Both the position numbers and the translations under genes were made by a program. The notes beneath the pieces are model-generated. The model did no database searches. It saw nothing but the letters and a program-made list of their open reading frames with translations, and was not told where the DNA came from. 64,000 nt of DNA from assembly GCA_965215195.1 (NCBI GenBank), contig CBDCDC010000002.1, positions 256,001 through 320,000 of the forward strand, given 5' to 3'. The DNA comes from Candidatus Latescibacterota bacterium. GTDB lineage: Bacteria; Latescibacterota; UBA2968; UBA8231. Below are positions 54,621 through 64,000 of this stretch, piece after piece (the stretch's first letter is position 1; each line of letters opens with the position of its first letter).

Positions 54621-54647
54621 AAAAGAGGCAGGCCGCAGCCTGCCTCT
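54621..54647 (-). terminator. Rho-independent terminator-like hairpin after the lipoprotein gene
   Basis: AGAGGCAGGC-4 nt-GCCTGCCTCT stem followed by TTT on the minus strand. Confidence 0.55.
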
Positions 54648-54672
54648 AGGCTATCCGACTGGGCTGGTTTGG

Positions 54673-55437
54673 CTAGTTAGCGGCCAGTTTGTCGATGTTT
54701 TTGACCTTCTGAATGTCGCGCTTGAAGCGGAAGTGGAGGTCGATGGTCTCCACAGGTTCGTTGCGGAAGTCGTAGCGCAGCCCGAACTCGGGAATCTCAA
54801 CGGTGATCTCGGCTACGTCGTCGTGAATTTTGGAGAAGGCCACGTAGCCTTCGACCACTTGCCCGGAGAAGCAGAACTCGTCGTCTGGGTACTTGGAATA
54901 GTTGTAAAGGTCGCTGCGCTCGTCGAAGCGCAATTTGCCCAAGCCATTGAAAGCTATGGGGAAGCGCCGGAAGTACTCCTCCACGTCATAACTCCCCCAA
55001 GGATAATAGTGCCGCCCATTCGCCGACTCCACGGTCACCATGAGCGGGTCGAACTTAACTTTGGGGTATTCGTAGTTTTTGACCGTGATCTTGAAAATGG
55101 ACAAGCGCTGCGGCGACTTGCCCGTGCGCGGATCGATCCAATTGCCATAGGTGAACGGGTTGGACGGCAGCTCGTCGGCTGGGCCGCCGGCGTTGGTGGA
55201 CTCGGCCGGGTACTGGCGGTTGAGCTCCTCGTCGGTCATGGGCCGCACGGACACTTCGAGGCGGTTTTGCACGAAGGTGACCGTGCCGTCGTCGAGGATT
55301 TTCATGCTCGACCCTTGAACGTCGGTCTGCTGCTGGGCCGCCTCAAAGGGCTGAAACTGCCCGGGGACTAGGTAGTGGCCGCAGCCCCACAAGAGGGCCG
55401 CAGCGGCGAGGATGGAAACTTTTTTGTACGCGTACAT
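54673..55437 (-). CDS. Conserved uncharacterised lipoprotein (cluster B; paralog of 15843-16595)
   Basis: GAGGAG RBS; LWGC lipobox; NPFTYGNW..VKNYEYPKV..FSGQ..EGYVAF..LRYDFR..PVET. Confidence 0.75.
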   Translation of the reverse strand: MYAYKKVSILAAAALLWGCGHYLVPGQFQPFEAAQQQTDVQGSSMKILDDGTVTFVQNRLEVSVRPMTDEELNRQYPAESTNAGGPADELPSNPFTYGNWIDPRTGKSPQRLSIFKITVKNYEYPKVKFDPLMVTVESANGRHYYPWGSYDVEEYFRRFPIAFNGLGKLRFDERSDLYNYSKYPDDEFCFSGQVVEGYVAFSKIHDDVAEITVEIPEFGLRYDFRNEPVETIDLHFRFKRDIQKVKNIDKLAAN

Positions 55438-55459
55438 GGAACACTCCTCTCTAACAAGC

Positions 55460-56761
55460 TCATAGCTCGACTGGGTTGGCGGCCTGTCGCCGCCGGGAGA
55501 CAAACTTCCCCAACTGCCCTTCTTCCACCGCGACGACCGCGGCGTATTTCTCGCGCAATTGCGCGATGTAGCGGTCGAACAGGGGCGCGGCTTGGGCGTC
55601 GCGCAAATCGCGCCCGACTTGCGCTTGCAACTTGCGCCCGAATGCGCCCGAGCGGGCGTAGCGTTGCGCATTGGCCTCGTAAAAGGCGCGCACCTGCGCG
55701 GGGTCGCTTTGGATGTGCGCGAAAATTTTCCGCTCCCACAAGGCTTGGATCAGCTTCTGTTCGCGCACCTTGGCGCGGCGCGGCTCCAACTCGGCGTACA
55801 GGCCGTACTTGCGCGCTTCCTGCGGCAAAATCTGGTCCGCGACAAAGGCCCGCGTCACCTTAAATCCGAGGGCGCTGACATCGGCCGGCCGCGGCTCGGC
55901 CTCTGCCCCGAGCCGGACGAGGGCCTGCTGGTAGTCGGCCGCGCTCCAGTCGCCTGTGGCACTGCGGATCAACCGCACCTCCGGCCGCGCCGCGCCCGCG
56001 GCGAGCTGCCGCAACCCGGCGGTGTCCACCTGCACCGCGTACTGGCTGGTCAATTTCTCTAGATAGGCCAAGTTCGCCTGTTGCTTCTTGTGCCGGCTCA
56101 GGGCCGCTTCCACGAGCGGGCGGCGCTCGGCCAACGAGACCGTGCGCTCGGCCGCAATGGCGATCACCCAATAGTGCCCGTCGGTTTCCACCAATTCAAC
56201 GGCCCCCACTTCCCGTAGGAACAAGGCGGCCATGCGCACGTCGCCCGCGTTGAGCGCGTTGAGCCACCCGCTTTCGCTCCACTCCCCGTCCAACTCCGCC
56301 CCATCCTGAGCCTTTCTGAGCACCTTTAGCGCCGCGGCCCGCTCGCGCACGGGCAAGCGACGCAGGCGAATTTCGCGGCCCGCGCCCGACTCGGCGAAGA
56401 ATTCCGCCAGCTCAGTTTCCGCATAAGCCAACTGCTCGCCCATCTCGCGCACGAGCAATTGCTCGACTAGCTCCTTGCGCTCCCAAGCCGCCATGGCAGC
56501 GGCGACCGCTTGGTCTAGCCCTTGGGCGCGGGCTTCGAGCAGTAGGAGCTCTTTGTCGATGAGGGCCTGAAATTGGCGTCGCCAATCCGCGAGGGGCTGG
56601 GCCTCGCTGCCAGCGGGCAATTTTTCCAAGGCCGCGGCAAAATCCCGCTCCCGGATCTGGACCTCACCCACCCGGGCCAAGACCGCCGACGCGCTTTCTG
56701 GCGGCGCGTCCGCACAAGACCAGACCCCTAGGCTGAGGAAGGTGGCGATTAGAAGCTCCAT
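55460..56761 (-). CDS. SurA/PrsA-like chaperone lipoprotein (cluster B)
   Basis: VWSC lipobox; VLARVGEVQI, LIDKELLLLEARAQGL, VRAFYEAN..RY and LREKY. Confidence 0.65.
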   Translation of the reverse strand: MELLIATFLSLGVWSCADAPPESASAVLARVGEVQIRERDFAAALEKLPAGSEAQPLADWRRQFQALIDKELLLLEARAQGLDQAVAAAMAAWERKELVEQLLVREMGEQLAYAETELAEFFAESGAGREIRLRRLPVRERAAALKVLRKAQDGAELDGEWSESGWLNALNAGDVRMAALFLREVGAVELVETDGHYWVIAIAAERTVSLAERRPLVEAALSRHKKQQANLAYLEKLTSQYAVQVDTAGLRQLAAGAARPEVRLIRSATGDWSAADYQQALVRLGAEAEPRPADVSALGFKVTRAFVADQILPQEARKYGLYAELEPRRAKVREQKLIQALWERKIFAHIQSDPAQVRAFYEANAQRYARSGAFGRKLQAQVGRDLRDAQAAPLFDRYIAQLREKYAAVVAVEEGQLGKFVSRRRQAANPVEL

Positions 56762-59361
56762 CCTCTTCTTTCGGCTGGCCGACCCCCCAAGCGCTCCTCC
56801 TCTTGCCCGACGTAGAGCTCGATGAAGGCAATGGTATTGCTCACGTCTTGGTCGGTGAGGTTGGCAAAGTTGATGTCGTTGACCTGAAAGCCCACGTTGG
56901 ACGTGACGCTGTACCCTAGGTACTGCACCCGGTTGGTGTACTGCACGGTGAACACCTTGCCGATGAAGTCGTCGATGTACTCGGGCGGCAGCGGGTCTGG
57001 GATCGCCTCGGCATTGCGGAAAATTATGGCCTCCACCCCGACCTCAACGCGGCTTCGCGTCAGCACCGGGAACACGGCCGACAGGGAAAAAATTTCGCTT
57101 AATTCGTTGATCTCGAGCAGGACGGTGCGCGGTTGGGTGCGCTTGCGCCACATGTTTTTCCAGCGCGGGATCAAGGTGACGTTGCGCCCAATGGAAAACG
57201 GATAGTCCGCCTTGTTGATCACGCCTAAGAACGCGCTGTCGCGGAGGCGCTCGGCCGCTTGGTCGCGCTGCTTGAAGTGATCGAGGCGGAACTTGTTGGT
57301 AAAGGTCAGGTTGCCGCGGGTGTACTTGTAGCCGACGAAGCTCTGATTGACGATGGTGTTTTCGGTGATTAGGGGGTCGTCAAAAGGCTGCAAGCCGCCA
57401 ATGGAGCCGGGGCGCTGCACCCATTGCAGCAGGTTGTCGGCGATGTCGTCTTCGACGAACTTGAGCATGTGGAAGACCTCGAACTTGCCCGTCCTAGCGA
57501 CATTGCGCACTGCGCTGAGCAACGCGTACGCGGCTGTTGACCGCTCTTCGCCGGCGATCAGCCACTCGCGGTTGCGACCTACGGTGATATTGATGCCCGG
57601 ATAAATCTCAAGGCCTCCGTACGCGTTCCAGCCGCGATGGCCCTTGCGGTAGGGATAGTCGGCCTCGTCGTCGTTTTCAAAGCGATCCACCACGGTGTTG
57701 TGGTTCATATCGACGCCGAAGAGGAAGTCGGGCGGGTCGATGTAGTGGCGCAGGAACGGCTCTTCGTAGTCCGGGGTGAGGTTGGAGTTTTCGTTGAAGT
57801 CCGAGAGCAGGTCGTTGTTTTCGTCGAGCCCGGGGAAGACGGCGTTGTCGCCTGCATCGCCAAAGCGCGGCCAATCCACGAGCTGGTCTTGATCGTCGTT
57901 GTCGTCGATGTACTCGAACCAGTTCTGCCGCTGATTTTCGTAATCCACGACATCGTTTTGGTCGGTGATGTACCCGCGCGTGGTGTACCCGTAGTCCATG
58001 CTGAACACTTCGCCGTAGCCAAAGTAGCGGCCCGTGCGGCGCGTGGCGTTGACAAACCAAGCATCGGCCGTGCGGTCGCTCTTTTTGAGGTTGCTCAGTT
58101 TCTGGATGTTGATGTTGGGATAGCGCTGAAACTGGGTATTGCGCGCAAATTCGCCGCGCACCTCCACCCCCCAGACATCCTCGACGACCAGATCTACGCT
58201 GGCAATTTGGTTGGCCGAGGGCAGCCCATAGTCAAAGCGGACGACGCGCTGGTTGGTGTTGTCGCGCACATTGCCTTCGGCGCGGGTGATCGGCAAAAAG
58301 ATGGGCTGGCCGTTGATATTCGTCTGCAAGTTGGAGGTTATCTCCACTCGGTAGTCATTGGAGAGCACCATGGCAAAGCTGACCTTTTGCACCACCAGCG
58401 GGTCGGGCACTCGGTAGCGGAGGAGGATCGGGGCCTCTTCGAGGGCTTCGAGAAAGCCCTCGCGCTGGCGGCCCCCCTCAATGGTGGGATTAACGGAAGT
58501 CTCTTGGCCATCGACGATCATCTGCGCCGAGAAGAACAGGGCACCGGAGCCATCGCCGGGCGAGTCGTCGGCAATGCGGATGACGATTTCGGTGACGTTG
58601 CCCGAATTCTGGCTGCTGGTCAGCAAGCCGGCGCGCGAGTTTTCCGAGAAATTGCTGCTCGCCGAGCCGAAGTTCGTATTGACATACGTGGCCCCTAAGC
58701 TCATGAAGTCGCCGATTTGGGTAGCACCGCGCAGGCCGATGAAGTTGGTGAAGTCCGTGTCTTGCACCCGGTTGGAACCCTGTACTGCCCGCACGGGCTG
58801 ATTGACGCGCGACAGCAGGACCGTGGTCTCGTACTTGTCAGACGCAAAGTCCCATTGGACGCCGTTGAAGCGCGAGCGGCTGAAGGTCAGCGGGGTCAGG
58901 GTCGTGCGGATCTGATCGCCGATGGTCAGAGCGGAGTAGTACTGGCCCTTGGAGTCTGCGGCTACGACTAGGTTTTGGAAATAAGCGTTGAATTTGGCGT
59001 CTTTGAAGACCGTGCTGCCGAAGGCGAGCGGCTGCTGCTGACGCCACTCGTAGATGCGCCAGCCACGGGTGACCCAGTTGCCGAAAATGTCGTACTGGCC
59101 CGTGCCCTCTAGGTGCGTGGAGACGTAGCGCTGATACGGTTCCTTGGCGTAGTTGGTGTACTTGTAGCCTCCCCAGTGGTAGATGTAGTAGAGATCTTGG
59201 GGCACGTACCACTTGCGCAGGGTTGGGATCAGGGGGTCGAAGCCCTCGATCCTAACCTGCGATGTAGCGCCGCGCTCGCGCCCCGGGGTCGCCGCTTGGA
59301 CGCTGGACGCCGCAACGGCTAGGACCAGCAGGGCAACCCCCCAGAACATAACTTTGTGCAT
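56749..59361 (-). CDS. ~870-aa secreted probable beta-barrel protein (cluster B)
   Basis: Colinear paralog of 17703-20333: IRTTLTPLTFS, DDNDDQD, VFPGLDENND and DYPY. Confidence 0.6.
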   Translation of the reverse strand: MHKVMFWGVALLVLAVAASSVQAATPGRERGATSQVRIEGFDPLIPTLRKWYVPQDLYYIYHWGGYKYTNYAKEPYQRYVSTHLEGTGQYDIFGNWVTRGWRIYEWRQQQPLAFGSTVFKDAKFNAYFQNLVVAADSKGQYYSALTIGDQIRTTLTPLTFSRSRFNGVQWDFASDKYETTVLLSRVNQPVRAVQGSNRVQDTDFTNFIGLRGATQIGDFMSLGATYVNTNFGSASSNFSENSRAGLLTSSQNSGNVTEIVIRIADDSPGDGSGALFFSAQMIVDGQETSVNPTIEGGRQREGFLEALEEAPILLRYRVPDPLVVQKVSFAMVLSNDYRVEITSNLQTNINGQPIFLPITRAEGNVRDNTNQRVVRFDYGLPSANQIASVDLVVEDVWGVEVRGEFARNTQFQRYPNINIQKLSNLKKSDRTADAWFVNATRRTGRYFGYGEVFSMDYGYTTRGYITDQNDVVDYENQRQNWFEYIDDNDDQDQLVDWPRFGDAGDNAVFPGLDENNDLLSDFNENSNLTPDYEEPFLRHYIDPPDFLFGVDMNHNTVVDRFENDDEADYPYRKGHRGWNAYGGLEIYPGINITVGRNREWLIAGEERSTAAYALLSAVRNVARTGKFEVFHMLKFVEDDIADNLLQWVQRPGSIGGLQPFDDPLITENTIVNQSFVGYKYTRGNLTFTNKFRLDHFKQRDQAAERLRDSAFLGVINKADYPFSIGRNVTLIPRWKNMWRKRTQPRTVLLEINELSEIFSLSAVFPVLTRSRVEVGVEAIIFRNAEAIPDPLPPEYIDDFIGKVFTVQYTNRVQYLGYSVTSNVGFQVNDINFANLTDQDVSNTIAFIELYVGQEEERLGGRPAERRGWSF

Positions 59362-59431
59362 AACAACTCTCCCTTAAAAGCGTTTTTAGTGGTCGGTGGT
59401 CAGCGCGGTGCGGGGACTGGCCACTAATCCA

Positions 59432-61213
59432 TCAGTACACTACGGCAATGCTCCGCATCTGCGTGGCGATGCCGGCGTCGGTAGCGGCCTTGAGGCGCAG
59501 CAAGTACATACCCGGGGGCACGGTGCCGGCGGCGTCGCGGCCGTCCCAGCTAACTTGGTTGGGACCAGAGCGATCGCGGGCTTGGTAGAGGCGATGCACC
59601 GGCCGGCCGCTCAAGTCGTACACGACGACCTCAACTTCGACCTCGTGGGTCGCCTTGAGCAGGATGTAGTCGAGGGTGATCTGGTCGTTGATGCCGTCGC
59701 CATTGGGCGTGATTACCGCGGACGAGAACGCGACGCCGGTAAAAAGATCGTCGTCGATGCGGGCACTGACGACGAGCGTGTTGTCGGCGACTTGAGCGGC
59801 CGCGTCGCCAAAAGCAACTCGCTGCGGAAACGCATCGGACTGGCTGTCGGCGACCTCGCCGCGAAATTCCGTGCCCGAGACGGTCACCAAGCTGGCGAAG
59901 CGCACGGCGACTTCTTGGCCGCTGCGGGTGATGCGCTCGTCCGGGAAGCTCACCTGTAGGCGGCCCAAAGCGGACGCCGCGGTGAAGTTGTCGAGCTCGA
60001 CGCCATCGACGCGCACCCCCGTGGTGCGGGCGGCAAACGGAGTGTGGATGATCACGGTGTCAAAGCCGCGGTGGCCGCTCGAGACGACCGAGCGCAGGTA
60101 ATAAGTAAATTCGTTCTCCTGCCCGAGGATGGCCGTGGCCGGACTGATTTCGGCGATGACCGAGTCGGCCAGCGCCGGCACCGTGTAGTTGAAGACCACT
60201 GAGTCGATGACGGCTTTGTCGAGCAAGCTGCTCGACAGGAGCTTGAATTGGAACTGGAGATAGCGCCGGTTGTCCGGCGAATTGAGCGGGGATGCGAGGG
60301 GTTCGGCGTAGGGCGGGGACCACGCACTCCAGTCGCGGTCGTTTTCGCGGACCACGCCGGCGTATGAAGGGTCGAGCGTGCGGTCGAAATCCGCGAGGGC
60401 CACTTCGGCCAATTCCCCGGGAATGCCCGTTTGGCGGAAGTAGAGCGAGTCCGTGGCGACAAAGCCGGTCTTGGTGCTGAACTGGGCTTGGGCGCTGCCG
60501 TCGATGCGGCTGTACACATCGACTGGCCCGAAGTTGGCCGCTTCACCGAGATCAATCACTTGCGATATGTACTGGGCAAAGGGCGTGACGCCGACGCCAA
60601 AAACTTCGAGGTCGCCCATCTGGAAGCCGCGTTCGCCCGTGCTGCGCAGCCTAAAAAAGCGCACCTGCGTCGGCGGGAAGCTCAGGTCTAGCTCGGGCAG
60701 GCCGTGCGAGCGGTCTTGTTCGATGAGCGCGTACACGGGGTTGCCGCCGACAAAGTTGAGCGAATCGCCGTCGTTGACGTAAAACTCGTACCCGCGCAGG
60801 GAGCGCTCGTCGTCGTTGAGGACGCCGCGCAACAGGCGGATGCGATGCAGGACGAAAATCGCGCCCATATCGACTTTGAGTTCGGCGCCGTTGGGATTGG
60901 TGTACACGCGCCAGCCCGTGGTGTACTTGCCGTCGATGAGTTCGTTGAGTATCTGGTTGGAGCGCGCCGCGGCCGTGAGCACCGAGGTGGTCGCGCTGCC
61001 GCCGAGCTCCTTGATGCGCGGCAGAATGTTTTCTTCGGGGTCGGCCTCCAGTGGCGAGAGCGTCCCCGCGTCGGTGACTTCGAGTGCGTTGAACACGAGC
61101 GAGTTGCTCTCCCACTCCAGCCCATCGCCGCCTATTTTGAGCCGTTCTGCGGCCGCGGCCGGAGTGCTGCATCCCATCGCTAGAAAGGCTAATGCGAGTG
61201 CGGCACGGGTCAT
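59432..61213 (-). CDS. Secreted WSxWS / FlgD-Ig C-terminal domain protein
   Basis: LIDGKYTTGW..VDMG; WSAWS..RRYLQF; ITPNGDGIND..WDGRD..PPGMY..VVY. Confidence 0.7.
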   Translation of the reverse strand: MTRAALALAFLAMGCSTPAAAAERLKIGGDGLEWESNSLVFNALEVTDAGTLSPLEADPEENILPRIKELGGSATTSVLTAAARSNQILNELIDGKYTTGWRVYTNPNGAELKVDMGAIFVLHRIRLLRGVLNDDERSLRGYEFYVNDGDSLNFVGGNPVYALIEQDRSHGLPELDLSFPPTQVRFFRLRSTGERGFQMGDLEVFGVGVTPFAQYISQVIDLGEAANFGPVDVYSRIDGSAQAQFSTKTGFVATDSLYFRQTGIPGELAEVALADFDRTLDPSYAGVVRENDRDWSAWSPPYAEPLASPLNSPDNRRYLQFQFKLLSSSLLDKAVIDSVVFNYTVPALADSVIAEISPATAILGQENEFTYYLRSVVSSGHRGFDTVIIHTPFAARTTGVRVDGVELDNFTAASALGRLQVSFPDERITRSGQEVAVRFASLVTVSGTEFRGEVADSQSDAFPQRVAFGDAAAQVADNTLVVSARIDDDLFTGVAFSSAVITPNGDGINDQITLDYILLKATHEVEVEVVVYDLSGRPVHRLYQARDRSGPNQVSWDGRDAAGTVPPGMYLLRLKAATDAGIATQMRSIAVVY

Positions 61214-61253
61214 GGCTGTTCCTTTTTGCTATAAGGTGGCAACGCACGCCTCC

Positions 61254-63623
61254 TCAGTAGGCCACCGGCACGATCCGCTGCACCGTCTCGGTCTGGGAGT
61301 CGCCGGCAATTTCGATTTGCACTAGATAGGTCCCCGGCCGCACGAGCGCACCGGTGCCGTCGCGGCCGTTCCAAGTGAAGCGATAGCGCCGTGCGAGGCC
61401 ATCGCCGCTGTCGAGGACGCGCACTTGGCGGCCGGCCAAGTCGTAGATGTGGACCCGGATGGGCCGCGGCGTCACCAGCTTGAGCGCGTCGAATTCAATG
61501 GCCAGCTCGTCGCCGACCCCGTCGCCATTGGGCGTTAGCACGTGCGTCGACAGGACGACGTTGGCCAGCAGGAGGTCATTGACCGGCAGTTGCACCGAGA
61601 CGGATTCGCTCGGCACATCCGCTTTGGCGTCGCCTTGGTCGACGAGCTGGCGCACGTCGGTGCCGAGGTTGCTGTTGCCGAGGAAGAGGTCGAAGCGCGT
61701 CTGGTTTTGGTAAATGGTACTGCTGAACGACAGCTCGATTAGCTGGGAGCGGCGGATTGTGGCCGGTAGATCGACGACAAACCCCTCGGCGACCGCGGTG
61801 ATTGCGGCCTCCACCGGCTCGTCAGCCAACTTCAGGCCAGTGAAATCAACGGGCACGGACGCGGTCATGGTCAGGCGGTTAAAGCCCTGCGAGCGCCCGC
61901 CAAATATCGGCAGGACGAAGTACGTAAAGTCCTTTTTGACGCCCGGTTCAACTTGGCTGGGGAAGACCTCGGCGCGGGTTTCGAGGGCAATGGGATTCTC
62001 CGCGTTTAAGTGCAGGGCATTGAGCGCCGGCACTGCGTTGGGATCGTCCGAAATCAGGCGCAGGTCGAGCTGGACATAGCGGCGCGGCGAGGGCGAACTA
62101 AAGAGCGCGCCCGAAGTTACGTACGGATCGCTCCAGACGCTCCAGTGCGGGCCGACGGAAATCGCGACGTGGGTCGGCCCGCGCAGGCTCTTGGGCGTCT
62201 TGTTCCACTTCCGCTCGGTGATCTCTTTACCCTTCTTGTCGAAGTAGTGAATGTTCTCTACTACTTCATCGCCGGTGCGGCTACGCAGCTCGATGCGCGT
62301 GCCGGGCGGTACGTCGGCGTCCCACTCGACCGAGGTCAGGGCCTTGGCGGCACCAAGGTCGAGGATCGGCGAGGTTAGCTGCAACTCGGCTGGAAAGCCC
62401 GCGCCGTAGATCTGGAACTCGCTAATCAGGGCGAAGAGGCGGTAGGTGCCGTGGGTGCCGCTGCGCTCGCCGCCGTGGCGGGAGGAAGGAAAATAGTGCT
62501 TGATGTAGCGAATTTTTTGCAAGTCGAATTGGTGGTCGAAGTTGCGGATAGTCGTCTCGTTCAGGGGGCTGTCGTCGACAAAGGCGATCTCGTGAAAATT
62601 CAGGGTGCCGTCCGGGGCGATTGAGCCGTCGGAAGCGAGGAGCTGATACCAGAAGAAGTTGGCGTAGCGGCTGCGAATCCGCGACGGGGCCCCGGCCGGT
62701 TCGCCGATGATGCGGATCTGGTCAATCCAGTAATGGGCCCCTAGGTCGAAAATGATGCGATTGAAGATGTCGAAGCCGGTTTGGGTCTGGTGGTAGGTCT
62801 GCATGCCCCAGTTGGTGACGATGTCGCCGTCAACCATGTTCTCGCCGCCGGAGAGCACGGCCTGCAAGTCGGTGATGAGTTCGATGCTGCCGCCGCGCTC
62901 AATGATCCCGAGGGAGATGTTGTCGCCGATGGTGGAGACCGCAATCTCGGCCAAGCCGGCGCCCGCGACGAATTTGGACAGCTCAATGCGAATGATGCGG
63001 ACTAGGCCCGAAGATTCCTTGAACTCGCGGACGGTGCCCTCGACAAAGCCGCCGCCAATGTCGTCCGAGCCGGCCGCGCTCAAGCCCAAGGTGCGCTGGC
63101 GGGGGTCGAGCACGAGCTCGTGGCTCTCGTTAAAGCCAATTCCCTTGGAGAGGCCGTAGCCCAAGGTGCCTTCCACGGGCACGAGGGCGTTGGTAAAGAA
63201 CTGCTCGCCGCTCGACAGCAGGACGTTGAAAAACTCAAAGGGCGGCGCGGCCTCGTCGAAGGAAATGACGATCTCGGAGGCCGTCACCAAGCGGCCCAAG
63301 TCGAGTTCGATATAGGCGTTTTCAATGCCGTCGGCCGGGTCGGGCGACCAGCTAGTGGCCGGGTCGCCATCCATGATGCGGCCAGCGTCGCGGGCGTTGC
63401 TGCCGACGCTGCGGATGCCGCCGCCAAAGTGCTCGGCATTGCGCACCGCGTCGATGTTTTTGCGGACGGGCACGGGCTGGATGCGGCCGGTCGCTTGTAG
63501 TTCCACCGCACCGACTGGGTGCGTCCACTCTTGCCAAGCCGAGCGGGAGTCAAACGAGACCCGCTCGCCCAAGGCGAAAGTGCCCAACGCCATAACGAGA
63601 CATAGTGCGCGAGTGATTGTCAT
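61254..63623 (-). CDS. Secreted WSxWS / FlgD-Ig C-terminal domain protein (closest to 20389-22683)
   Basis: MDGDPATSW..IELDLGR; WSVWS..SPSPRRYVQL; LTPNGDGVGD..WNGRD..PGTY..VAY. Confidence 0.7.
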   Translation of the reverse strand: MTITRALCLVMALGTFALGERVSFDSRSAWQEWTHPVGAVELQATGRIQPVPVRKNIDAVRNAEHFGGGIRSVGSNARDAGRIMDGDPATSWSPDPADGIENAYIELDLGRLVTASEIVISFDEAAPPFEFFNVLLSSGEQFFTNALVPVEGTLGYGLSKGIGFNESHELVLDPRQRTLGLSAAGSDDIGGGFVEGTVREFKESSGLVRIIRIELSKFVAGAGLAEIAVSTIGDNISLGIIERGGSIELITDLQAVLSGGENMVDGDIVTNWGMQTYHQTQTGFDIFNRIIFDLGAHYWIDQIRIIGEPAGAPSRIRSRYANFFWYQLLASDGSIAPDGTLNFHEIAFVDDSPLNETTIRNFDHQFDLQKIRYIKHYFPSSRHGGERSGTHGTYRLFALISEFQIYGAGFPAELQLTSPILDLGAAKALTSVEWDADVPPGTRIELRSRTGDEVVENIHYFDKKGKEITERKWNKTPKSLRGPTHVAISVGPHWSVWSDPYVTSGALFSSPSPRRYVQLDLRLISDDPNAVPALNALHLNAENPIALETRAEVFPSQVEPGVKKDFTYFVLPIFGGRSQGFNRLTMTASVPVDFTGLKLADEPVEAAITAVAEGFVVDLPATIRRSQLIELSFSSTIYQNQTRFDLFLGNSNLGTDVRQLVDQGDAKADVPSESVSVQLPVNDLLLANVVLSTHVLTPNGDGVGDELAIEFDALKLVTPRPIRVHIYDLAGRQVRVLDSGDGLARRYRFTWNGRDGTGALVRPGTYLVQIEIAGDSQTETVQRIVPVAY

Positions 63624-63660
63624 AGCCGTGCTCCCTTAGCCCGGGCCGCGGGCCGCGCGC

Positions 63661-64000
63661 TCAGTACGCCAACCCCACCAGCAGCGACCGCTCCTCAGAG
63701 CCAGTATCCGTATCAATGGAAAGCCGCAGGATGTAGAGCCCGGGCGGCGCAATGGTGCCGCTCTCGTCCAAGCCGTCCCAAGTCACGCGCTGCGGCCCGT
63801 TGAGCGCGCCGCTTTTTTGCAAGTGCCGCAGCGGGCGGCCGGCGAGGTCGTACACGATTAGATCGGCGGGCACCTGCGAGAGGGCACGCAGCAAGATATA
63901 GGACACCTGCAGCTGGTCGTTGACCCCGTCGCCGTTGGGGCTGAAGACCGGCGGGTCAGCCTGCAACTCGAGGACGAGCTCTTGGCGCAACGCGCCTTGG
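63661..64000 (-). CDS. C-terminal end of another FlgD-Ig domain protein (runs off the window)
   Basis: FSPNGDGVND..YDLAGR..WDGLDESG..PPGLY..LAY. Confidence 0.75.
   Translation of the reverse strand, partial: QGALRQELVLELQADPPVFSPNGDGVNDQLQVSYILLRALSQVPADLIVYDLAGRPLRHLQKSGALNGPQRVTWDGLDESGTIAPPGLYILRLSIDTDTGSEERSLLVGLAY

Noticed and set aside
1-64000. CRISPR array, tRNA/rRNA genes, integrase or att sites bounding the defence island
   Set aside because: None seen by eye; no regularly spaced repeats and no matching direct repeats at the island edges (short att sites could have been missed)

Overview
GC-rich bacterial window. Its gene content (FG-GAP/ASPIC-UnbV, PhyH, TPR, FlgD-Ig/CHU_C-tailed proteins, DUF6785-type transporters, Uma2) suggests an FCB-group organism such as Latescibacterota or Gemmatimonadota; this is inference only. 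Main elements: (1) a CRTAC1-like FG-GAP/ASPIC-UnbV gene split only by an in-frame TGA (6011-6013) that is followed by a SECIS-like hairpin, making it a candidate new selenoprotein; (2) two paralogous minus-strand cell-envelope clusters (about 14.2-28.7 kb and 45.6->64 kb), each with three WSxWS/FlgD-tail proteins, an ~870-aa probable beta-barrel, a conserved lipoprotein, a PPIase and a DUF6785-type transporter; (3) a defence island (about 35.8-45.6 kb) with an AAA-DUF4143 ATPase, a nucleotidyltransferase TA-like pair, a decayed type I R-M locus (G8 frameshift, 103-bp MITE, hsdM/S deletion), an apparently intact Ec67-like RT-TOPRIM retron with a clear msr-msd ncRNA, and an XRE-ImmA regulator; (4) small inserted cassettes (HicBA, DUF4926, Phd-VapC, and a Uma2 gene flanked by 28-bp direct repeats). 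All family assignments come from motif recognition by eye; no database searches were run.
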